From contig CM102285.1 in assembly GCA_046563655.1 (NCBI GenBank), positions 11,532,001-11,596,000 on the forward strand: a stretch of DNA of 64,000 nt. The letters are read 5' to 3'. The DNA comes from Yuukianura sp. NJ FZ-2021. Its lineage: Eukaryota. The notes under the pieces are model-generated. The model had not been told where the DNA came from. It did no database searches and saw only the letters and a program-made list of their open reading frames with translations. Below, one piece after another: positions 37,812 to 49,064 of the stretch (position 1 is the stretch's first letter; each line of letters begins with the position of its first letter). The position numbers and the translations under genes were made by a program.

Positions 37812-39914
37812 TTAGGAAAACAAACGCTGAATCTCTTCTAAACTTTTTCCCTTAGTTTCTGGAAGAAATAGAAATCCAAATAGGACTCCAATTGCACTGA
37901 CTCCACTGAACAGCCAGTAACACCCGTAAGGTTCAATGGCTGCAGACAAATCTTCAAAAGTTTTGGTAACAATGAACGCTAGGAGCCAACAAAACGAAGT
38001 GGCAATGGCAGAAGCGAGACCTAGTTTTAAACAAAAGTGAAATGAATTTTAAAAAGTGAATTTTCACTTGATCACTTTTTAATTACGTTTAAGATACCTG
38101 CCACACCTACCTTTGACTCTAGCAGGTATAAGTTCTGCCATCATCAGCCATGGACCAGATCCCAGAAAAACGTTGTACGTGATCATGAACACTACTAAAC
38201 TGACCAGCGGAAGCCAACCCAAGTTGGGAGGAACTTGATTATTGTTTTGATCTTTAAGGAAAAAGAACAAGCCAAGGGCAGCCAAACTGATGGCCATTCC
38301 AGAATCCGAAATCATAAACAAGATGCGTCTTCCGCACCGATCCACCATCAATCCAGAGAGACCAACAAAAATGACTTGAACGATTGCTCTGAAAAGTTCA
38401 AAATTTCAATATTGACATTTGACCTTGACATGATCTCCTAACTATATCAACAATCCTAGACTTACATAATGATTGAAGACAAGTTGGCGTCCAGTGTCGT
38501 TCCAGCCGCTTCGAAAATGTTAACCGCATAAAAGTTGACTGCGTTGATTCCACCGAGTTGCTGAAATAACATGAGAGCCATAGAGATCGATAGCGGTTTC
38601 AGAATTGACGGATGGAACAGGTCACGCAGATTTGCAGTCTGAGCCATGTCGGAATTAACGCTTCTTTGCAACTGTAAAAGAGAAAAAAATAAGTTGACCT
38701 TTGACCTTGATAGAACCAAAACCGAAAAATACCTCTCCAAGTTCTTCTTCAACGTCCAGCTCATCGTGAGTTCCACGAAGCCACATCAAGTTACGAATGG
38801 CTTCGTCTCGTCTGTCTTTTGACAGAAGATACCTTGGCGTTTCGGGAATAAAAAGAACACAAATGGACAGTATCACAGGAATGATTGCACTGAAGACTGA
38901 GAGCATAATCCAGTTAATAAAGGCTCCTAGAATGAACCTGGAAGGCAAAACAAAATTAAATATTGCAAGTTATGTGTTTTCAAAACTCGAATTTTGATTT
39001 TCAAATTTCAAGTTACGATGACCTACATAACTAAAATTCCAGTAACGAGAACAAGTGTAAATGCAGTCCCGAGAATTCCGCGCACTTCGCTTTGAACTAC
39101 TTCGCTGATATACACAGGCGACACCAGTGTAAAACATGCAGTAGAAAATCCTGGAGAAAAAATAATTCCAAAACTTTCACAAAAATTGAAAATCAAAATC
39201 CAAAATTTCACTTTTTTCTGCCCTGACCTGTTATAAATCGTGCTACTAAAACCATTGTTAGATTCTTGGACAGCGCCATCATGATCCACCCAAGGACGCA
39301 CGGAACGGAAACGACAATCATCGTGTACTTGCGTCCAATTCTTTCAATGAGAAACCCAGCAACAAATCCAGAGAAAACTGCTCCCAACTACAATATTTGT
39401 AAAATCTAAATTAACTTTAACACGTTAGTACTTAAATATTTTTAAGCTTAATGGTTTAACCTTACGTTAGCAATGGATCCAATCCATGACTTGTCCTGGC
39501 CCGTTAGAATTCCAAAATCCAGTCTTTTCTCCATATCTGGAATTGCAGGTGAACTCCACCCTAAATTACATGTAAAGTTTTTTGCAGAATTTTTCACTCA
39601 TTTTATCCCTTAACTTTATTAGTACATTGACCTTATGACCTATTAACATAGACGCACTTACCAAGCATAGTTCCTGTGATGAATCCACCGATTGTTGCTA
39701 CAAAAGTGAAAAGATTGTAAAAATTACAAAAGGAAAACTTTTTAGAATTCAATTTACAATTTTTTTTAGTTTTAAAATTCAATTTTATTTTAGTACCTGT
39801 AAGGGCAGCCAAAATTTGATTTCGACGACTTCCATTTGCGAAATTTCTGCTTCTCTGTTCAAAGCCGCCATCCTCTGTGTTGATTATACTTCGTCTGGGA
39901 CTGTCTTCCTCCAT
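37812..39914 (-). CDS. Tret1: Tret1-like sugar porter, copy B (multi-exon)
   Basis: PVYISEV, PETPRYL, QQLGGINAVNFY, VDRCGRR, PWLMMAEL and [16 protein letters not shown], stop at 37812-37814. Confidence 0.9.
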
Positions 39915-40722
39915 AAGTTAATTTAATACTTTCAAGGCACTTAATTAATACTGAGGTTAAGCGTTAGCGTCACTAGTAGCAGGTACTAGTGTTAACTCCT
40001 GATATTGTACTGATTTAATTGTTCCTAATTGTTCTAATTTTAAAAGTTACAAAGTTACTAAAAATTTAATCTGTTGGGAATGTGTCCTCCACAGCTGAGG
40101 ACTGAGTAAATAGTGAACAAGCTTGTAAAAAGTCCAGACTGAATGAATGAAAGGGCCGAATTATTTGTGGATCTTACAACACGTAAGCTCTACCGGGTAT
40201 TCTGCACTTCTGCGCTAAAGCTTCCTCGACTGACAAGACAGTAGGATCAGGCGATATCTTGACGCAGTGAGTGTTCAGTGTTTACTTTAAAGCTACACTG
40301 AACATGATTCATGATGCTAAGTTTTGACAAGAACAATTTAGCAAACGTGTTTGTAAATTATTAACGCCCACTCACACTAGCATTAAGTGGATTGATTATA
40401 AAGTGCATGTAAGCATCTCACGTTTCAGATTACAATTTAAAAGTTACTCATCCTCCAATCCAGTTTTAAGTAATGTCAATTACAGTTACATTAAAAGGAA
40501 ACAAAGAGGAGATTTATGTTCATTTGAATTTACAAGTCTTCTGAACAATTAACACTTTAAAAACATTTTAGAAAAAGGAATTTTTAAATTTTCAGGAAAA
40601 GAATTTCCTCGTTAGAATAACTTTACTTTCTCTTTAACTTTGTTCATTACGCAAATATAATAGATAAATAAGTTATACATATTTTAAAATGTACAATTTA
40701 TTCCAGAAATTATTAACTATAT

Positions 40723-42794
40723 CTAAATTGGATATTCCATTTTGAGCATATCTTCGTCTTCAAAGAAACTTTGAATTTCAAAACTTGATTTTTTAGTAGT
40801 TTCTGGTACAAAAAGGTAAGAAAATAGAGCTGCACAAAGCGATATAAAGGCGCAGATCCATAAAAATCCAGGCAGCGCTACCAAGTACACAAGTGCTGGA
40901 AAGTACATTCCAATAAAAAATGCTGGAATCCAATTGAACAGCGTCACTACAGCTACCCAGAATCCTGCAAATTTAATCCAAAGCTGAAAATTGCAAATTG
41001 CGATATTTTTTGCCCGAACGTGTGAAAAAAGGCGAATTTTTTTTGGAACATTTACCCTTCCGCCGCGCTGGAACCAGTTCGGCCATTAGCAGCCATGAAA
41101 TTGGGCCTAAACCTACACTAAACGCCCAAATATACCCTGCAAAACTAAGTACACGAATCCAATTGACTCTGTTCGAAGCATCCATTTCTGTTTGAACATA
41201 AAAAGAAAGTCCAAGTACAAATAGAGTCAGAGCCATCAGGACGCAAGACACCATGAGCAATGGTCTTCTGCCAATTCGATCCACAACATGCGCAGCAATT
41301 GCCAAAGTGACGAATGCCGTGACTGTAGTTGTGACTAAGATGGAAGTGGTTTGGTCACTCTGTCCACTTGTAATTGCCTGAGTAATTGACACTGTTCCCA
41401 GGACAAAGTGAGTACCGCAAGTGCATTGCTGAAAAAACATCAGAATTGCAGGGATCATAATTCGCTTTGACAGGGAAGAGTGGTTTTCCGTTAGAACAGG
41501 TTGATCCAAGTTGATTGACTCTACGGAAGAGGACTGGATCTGGAAAATTTTAATTATTATAGGAAATGGTCATTGTTAATTACAAGCAATGACAATCAAA
41601 AAATGCATTTAAGTGTAGGCTATTGTACTTCGCTTATTTCCGCTTCTAGTGATTCTTGACTTGTGGTAGTGCGAAACCACTTCAGAGCGTCACTTCCTCT
41701 CTGTTTTTCACCAATTCCAAAGAGGTACACTGGTGACTCTGGAAGGAAGTAAGCAGCTAGGCAAAATATAATTGCAACTGGAATGGACTTGTACACCAAA
41801 ACTTTCCAGCTCCATTCCATCACATGCCCGATAATTGTTCTGCAACAGGAAAAAAATTGAAGCCATTTTTCATACTTCTAACAAGCTTAAGTTTCCAAAT
41901 TTCGATTTCCTTGCAAAAGGGATTTCATTGAATTTCAGAAATTCCATAACTTGGGTTAGAATTGATACTGTGGTCCAGTTTTCAAAAAATTGCATTTGGA
42001 ATTGGAGTTAGTTCCGATTTTTTTTTAATCGAAATTAGGACTTACACAAACAACGCTCCAGCAAAAATGTGCTGTAAATATGTGTATCCAATCATTCCAC
42101 GTCTTTCTGACTCAGCAATTTCAGTTACATAAATTGGCAAAACGACTGAGAATGCTCCCACGGAAATGCCTAAATTGATCCAACTCATTACATATGTCAT
42201 TGCTTAACCTTAAACATCAAAGTCAGCAAATTGTTTCCATCAACTTCAACACTACTACTCTTTGTTACCTGCGACAAATCTACCAATGTACAACATTCCC
42301 ACGCTTTGAGCCAAAATTATTCCAATCCATCCCACAATTATTGGCAATGAACTCAAAAGCATCGCTAATCTTCTTCCATAGCTATCCACTATCATTCCAG
42401 TGGGAACAACAGCAATTAAAGCACCCAACTAGAAGATAACAAGCAAACCATAAATTGAGGCATGTCTAAATTAATTGCACCATTAATTGTCATTTTCAAC
42501 TTAAAAGCATCACCCACCAAACTGATATTGGAGATCCAACCTACTGTCACTTCTGACATTTCCGTAAAACCTTCATTCTTTCTCAGTTGCGGAATTGCTA
42601 GGGAGCTCCAAGCTAACAGAATTCCAGCAGTCATGGCTCCATGTCCAACTATACATTTGTCAAGTTAGAGTTTTCTGCAATTAAATTACTAATGTTGAGT
42701 ACACAATTTCAAATCAATCAAAAATTTACGAACCACCAGCAGTCCCCAAATGTTGTCTGACAGAAGATGTACACAATTTAGTACAAGAAACCAT
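40723..42794 (-). CDS. Tret1: Tret1-like sugar porter, copy C (divergent)
   Basis: AWSS, PIYVTEI, PESPVYL, VDRIGRRPLL, GLGPISWLLMAEL and VPETTKKS. TM7 is atypical (QQCTCGTHFV). Confidence 0.85.
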
Positions 42795-43569
42795 CCTTCA
42801 GATCTAATTCCACAATTACTTCTGCCTTACTTTAACCAATACCTCGTTACCACTTTGAATTGACCTTCAAAAAATCTATCCTAACCATAGACTCAACTAA
42901 ACTTAGATTCTATTAAATATGGGTTGTTTGCTCAAAAAATTTGGCGATGCAAAACCGCCTTATCCAAGGTGGATGCTACTCGTACTGAGGAAGCCTGAAG
43001 GCTTTAGCTTCCTGGGATTGAAGTTAAAGTTTCATAGTGAATCATGAAAATTGTCAAAAGCAAATGCTTCGAAGGTCACTCAAAAGTTGCGTCACTTCAA
43101 ATGACCGATAGTTTCATCTATGGTGTACGTGTAACTAGTGGTAAAGCTAGTAAAGAAAGTTAACTAGAAACCTACTCTGCAGTAGGTAATAAAAAACTAG
43201 ATTTTTTCCTTCCACTAATTTCTCGTGCACAAATTTTTGCCGTAATTTTACGAGTCATATTCCAATTGGACGAGTTTTTGCGTTGAATTGAATTTTGACT
43301 AGAACGGGGTTTCTGTTTGCAAAAAAAAAATGTAACAAGATAGATACATGAAACATCAAAACACATCAAGTGTTTGACGTGACCAGCAGAACTCAAGAGT
43401 TGCTGGAATTCCCTGGATCGAGTTTTTATAGTACGAAACGCTAATGACAGTGAGGTGTAAGTTGCTGCGAGCTTAAAATTAATAAGTTTATTGTATAAAC
43501 AATGTGAGTTCTACAACTTCCTAATGACAAAACTAATCAAATTACTATTTACATACTTAAAATAGAATC

Positions 43570-46095
43570 TTAACGTCCACTTTTCTTAAAGTTGTTGTCA
43601 ATTTCAATTCTAACGCTACTAGAACTGTCTGAACTGGGATCGAATTTTTCACTTTCTTCAGATAACTTTCTCCTCTCTCTGTTCCCGCCAAAGTGCTCCT
43701 GAATTTCACTTTGACTTTTCCCTTTTGTTTCCGGAATGAAGAAAATTGTAAATAGCCCGCCCATAATACAGATTAAAGTGACGTGCCAGTAGTAGCCGTT
43801 CCACCCTAGGAATGCAGCAACATCTTCAAACGTCTTTGTGCATATGAAGGCCACGATCCAGTACACCGAAGTGACAATGGCTGCCGCGAAACCTGAATTC
43901 AAAACAATGCGGAAGGTTGTTGCTAGCTTTGGAGAAAGTTGATGTTAAGTAAGGTTTGGTATACCTTTTGCTTTGGGAGAAATAATTTCACCAAATATGA
44001 CCCAAGGAAGTGGTCCAAGACCAAAAGAATAAGCAACAACGAATAGAATGAGTGCAACTAACGGAACCCAGGTCAACTGATGTGAAATGTCATCGGACGG
44101 TTTCACTTGGAAGAAAGTTGCAAGCGTTCCTAGACTAACCGCCATGATGGCAAAGGACAAGATGAGTAGAAATTTTCTTCCAAGTCGATCCACGAGTAGC
44201 ATAGACAAGAATACAAAAGTGACTTGAACAATGCCAATGATGATTGTGGCTAAGTTGGGGTCAATGTGCGGAGAAGCAGATTGGAAAATTTTGACAGTGT
44301 AGCTTTGAATTGCATTGATTCCACTGGTTTGTTGGAAGATCATTAACACAACAGTGACTCCAAGAGGTTTCAGAGTACAAGGATCCAGAATTTGCTTCAA
44401 ATTGGAAAGTTTTAGTAAAGAACCACACGACTTCTTTTCGTCAGCATCAACTGCATGTTTCAGCTGCAAACAAAATTGATGAAAAATTCAGTTTCAATTT
44501 GTAAAATTTGACATTATGGATGTTATGGTTGAGATTACCAGGAATAGTTCTGGATTGATTTGCTGCAAATTTTTGGCTCCGCGAAACCAACGCAGTGCTG
44601 CGGCAGCACCATTCCATTTTCCCATAGTCAACAAATATCGTGGAGATTCGGGTATAAAAATCAATCCCAAGAAACAGAAAAGCGGAGTTGTACCTGAGAG
44701 GAGAGCCAATTGCCACCAAGATACAAATGCTCCTACGGTATAACTAAAAACGTATTCTTCTTTAAAAATTTGAAAAACACAAAAAATCTTGGTCGTTTTC
44801 GAAAAATTCAAGTTGAGTGCTTACGCAAACAAAATGCCCGATACAATCATTAGGACCATTGCAGACCCCAGCGTCCCTCGTAATTTAGTTTCTGCTATTT
44901 CACTGACTAAAAATACAGTTTCAAATTCAAAAAATTCTTCATGAAAATCAACGTTATTGCGAAGTTTATCTGTTTCACTTTTCACAAACGATAAAATTTA
45001 CTCACCAAAAATTGGGATGGTCGTTAGAAAAGTTCCGCCAGTGAGTCCTGTTTTGAAAAACGATTTTAAAAATCTCTTCAAACATCAAACAATATTGTTA
45101 GAATAAAGATCGAACCTGTTATGAACCTGCCAATGTACATCATTTCCACATTCTTGGCAAATCCAATGCATAACCATCCACACGTGAAAAAGAATGACAT
45201 AATCACCATGGCCTTCCTTCTCCCGAATACATTAATGAGAAATCCTGCCACGGGTCCCGAAATCAACGCACCGAGCTGTAACAAGCATTTTACATTCAAA
45301 AATTTTACCGATTTTGAAAAACAAATTGAAAGTCCCGATCTGCGCAACTCAGTCTTTTCGCAGCAATCTCTTGCAGATTGAGTCATATTCATTATTCATG
45401 CAATCTCTGACAAGGAATGATGCGACGTCAAATTGACTATAATTTATTAGTTCCAATTCAAAACATTTTCTGCTAGATTTCAAAAAGTGACGAATACGCT
45501 AGCGTCATTTTGCAAGTTTCTGGATTCGCTTTTTTCAAAATAATGAGTACATTGAAACTTATGCTTTGCTAAGTTACAAAAAAAAATGTGAAAAATGCAC
45601 TTTGAGCTTTCGAATGCATTGAAACTGAGGTGAAATTTTAATCACTAAGGTTCAATTGCCTCATTGTCATTCAAGAGCTCTCATATAATCTGTTTCTATT
45701 TACACAATGTTCACATTCACACATCGTGCAAAACTAGGGGACGCGGACGCGACAATATTGCTAAACTTACAATTGTAAGAGAAGTGATCCATGATGTTTC
45801 AGTTGAGGTCAAAGTGCCAAAATCTTGGCTTTGTTCCAAATCCGGTAACGCGGGAGAAGTCCAAGCCAGAGCACATCCTAGACTAAATGCTCCCAATGTT
45901 GCTAAATAATATCGTAATTACAATCAAATTGACTAATTTAGATGTATTTTACTTGTGTATTTGAGTATTCTTACAAATAAAAGTAGCTAGAAACTGCGGG
46001 AATTTGCGCGGGGTGAAAGTTTCTTCTTCGAACTGCTCTACTGGAGTTGTGAAAGGCACTTTCACCACTGCTTTCTCTTCGGCGTCTCCCATCAT
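43570..46095 (-). CDS. Tret1: Tret1-like sugar porter, copy D (multi-exon)
   Basis: FGRRK, PESPRYL, QQTSGINAI, VDRLGRK, GLGPLPWVIFGEI, PETKGK. Confidence 0.9.
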
Positions 46096-47340
46096 TCTTG
46101 TCCACTGCGTCCTTTCACCGTTGCATTTTATAACACCAAAATTTCAAAAAAAAAGAAGAAAGTATTTTGCGAAGAATATGCTCACTGTAAGTGACTTAAC
46201 TTATATAACGAGACGTAACTTTCACTTCCACCAACCGAGCTCGTGTTTTGCTCTGGCAAATTTGGCAACCTTTGAAATTTCACTCTACTGAATGAAAAAC
46301 GAAGACGTTACAATTCACCAAGAAGCTGGAAAAACCGACTAAAATTGAACACTTTGTTCTTAAAAAAGACGCTTGTGCACTACTAAAGCAATTCGAGATA
46401 TCTAGGCAGGAATTAGGGGCCAAATAAAGCGGACCAGATAAAAACACAATTTTCACACTCCGAGGTGTAAAGTGCAAAGAGGTGTATGACTTGTTGATAT
46501 TTGAAAACTCCTGAGCGTATAGCAAATCTGTGCAGCCCTTTGAAAGGTCATTTAACGCCAGGATCACGCTTCAACTGTCAATATTTGACTCATTCAGTTT
46601 TCAAAAATAAATGCAGACATAGCATCGCAGTTGAATGATGCAAACGCCTCAGGCGTCACAATGTCAATTGGCTTGTTCAAGAGCAATTTACTCGTGACAT
46701 TCGTATAACATTTTGGAGGAATCATAATTAGGCCGCGTGTTTGAGGGCACTTTAAAAAGTTGACATAAATGAGTCTCTAATAAATGACATAAATGAGAAA
46801 TGACTACTAGTGATAGGATCAGCTAAGTTCTGAGAAATTATTTAAAAAAACGACTGCTTATAATTTATTCTAAATTATAAATGTAGTATTTCGTTTTTTT
46901 CCCGCTATTTTTAGAACAAATGAATGGAACTTAACTGTTTACTTCATACAAAAGTACTAATACTTGGACAACAATGGATGAGCATTGCTATACTGTCCAG
47001 AGACAGGTCACCCCTTCCCCACCCCCTCCCCCTCCCCCCTTCGAACTTTCTGGAAGATTCCGCTATATCGAAAACCGATCATAGCCAGTAACAGTCTCCA
47101 TTGTTTTCCATATAGCAGTCGCTGCTAAGAAGCAGAAGTTCACTTTCTAGAACCTTCTAGAACGTTCTCTTCGTTGTGATGTCGTCGGTCGCCATCTTGG
47201 AATCCCGCAGTGATTCTTAGAAACCCGGCCTGGGTAGACGTACTTTACGTTCCTCGCAAAAAAAAAACGCAAAAGTTTCTCTTTTTTTGCAACACAGTGC
47301 AAATTTCGTTTGTGCGAAACAATTTGTGAGCGACCAGTGT

Positions 47341-48015
47341 CAATGGACAAGGACGACGGATGACATGGACATACTCACGGTGGACAAACTGTAAAGTTCA
47401 AGGGCCCTCACTGTTACCTGGAGATTTCCGAAGACTTCAAGACCCGACGTCGGTAAGTTGCCAATTTTTTTTTTGTTTAGCTTATATCCTTTCCTATCGC
47501 AATGTTTGACTTCAACTTTTGCGAAGTCAATCTCTGCTTGACCAATCTTCAATGGACAAGGAAGGACGACCTGGGATGCCCTAACAGTAACAGTACTCAC
47601 CGTGGACATACTACAGAGCTCAAGTGCCAGGACTGGAATGTGGATATTTGCGAAAACCACCAGACGGCGGCGAGTTTTTGGCAACTTCATTTCAGCTTCT
47701 CTTTTCCTATCACAATCGCAATGTTTGACTTCTTTTGCGAAGTCAATCTCTGCTTGACCAATCTTCAATGGACAAGGAAGGATGACCTAGGACTCCTTAA
47801 GTACTAACTGTGGACTACCTACATAGCTCAAGTGCCAGGACTGGAATGTGGATATTTGCGAAAACCACCAGACGGCGGCAAGTTTTTGGCAACTTCATTG
47901 CAGCTTCTTTTTTCCTATCACAAATCACAATCGCAATGTTTGACTTCTTTTTGCGAAGTCAATCTCTGCTTGACCAATCTTCAATGGACAAGGATAAGGA
48001 AGGATGACCTAGGAC
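47341..48015. repeat. Tandem repeat, ~3.2 copies of a 209-217-bp unit
   Basis: caatggacaagga recurs at 47341, ~47550, ~47766 and ~47982. tcgcaatgtttgacttc...gcgaagtcaatctctgcttgaccaatctt is present three times. Confidence 0.85.
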
Positions 48016-48705
48016 ACCAAAGGCTCTTTTGATAAGTTTTTCGCTCTGTTTCCTCTTACGTTTCACATCTCCCACGGTAGATTCAAAATTTCACGTCAAG
48101 TTTTCTGCCATTGTTACCGACTCCTGCGAAAATTTGAGGCGATGTTCACTCCAAGTCTGTCGCTCAGTTCAAGGCCTCTGGACTCTGCCAAATCCGCTAC
48201 TTTGTTCAACAGTTCTTTATCGACTCGGCGCAGAGAATCCAAGTGGAAGTTGACAACTGCCGAGAGACATTTGATTGCAAGTTCAGCGTAAAGGGGAGAG
48301 CGGACAAGTACTTGCTCCAGTGCTGGAATCATTTGATGAACGTAGGAAACCGGAAGTAGCATAATGCTTTGTTCCAACTCTACTGCCTTGATAGTACTTA
48401 AACTTAGCACTTTGGTCATGAAATCATTCAGTGTCTCAGCACCGTAGGGTTGCAGGAGAGGGTGTTCGTCGGCACTGTCTTTGAATACATCAAGGAGCTT
48501 CGATGAGTTTGTCAGCCTGTTCAGACCAAATTCGAAATTTTCAAAAAAATATCTTTTCTAAAAGTTGCAAATTTTGGAATTAGTTTTTGGAAATTACCAT
48601 TTTTTCAGTATCAGCTGTTTGTAGACTTGGTAGATTTGGATTTTTAGTGATGGCTTCTTTCTCCATGTCATCTTCCCTCTCTCGTTCTCGTTCATCTTTT
48701 TCCAA
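48012..48705 (-). pseudogene. WDR3: Decayed C-terminal fragment of WDR3/Utp12 (Dip2), retaining one intron (48597-48517)
   Basis: LEKDEREREREDDMEKE...TADTEKM|ADKLIEA[frameshift]LDVFKD..EHPLLQPYG...IKAVELEQSIMLLPVSYV...DRLGVNIA[frameshift]LKF...*...KRKRKQSEKLIKRA matches the Utp12-domain end of WDR3 (IKSSELEESLLVLPFSYV in human, from memory). Two frameshifts, an in-frame stop, and no WD40 exons nearby. Confidence 0.75.
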
Positions 48706-49064
48706 ACACGAATTAACTGTTAAGGTGTGATTTGTGTTTCCGATGCACGAATATGAATAATAACAATTTGAAAGTAAACATGATAAGCACATGGAGCAAC
48801 CAATCGGGTATGTCTATTCCTCCGAAAACCAGATATTTCAGACTGTGCCGATTCGCAGGTTTTTACGAGTGTTATATTATAGGCATTATGTTACGAGTGT
48901 GGATAATATTTTTATCCGGTTTTATCCATAGGGACGGTTTTAGAAATCATGGGAAAAAAACTTGAAAAAATAAGGAATTTGAAATAGCGAATAGTCACGT
49001 CAATTTGCAATTGTGTAACAGGTCAACCAGGCATTTCTTTTCTCAGATTTTCAAAATTTGGGAT

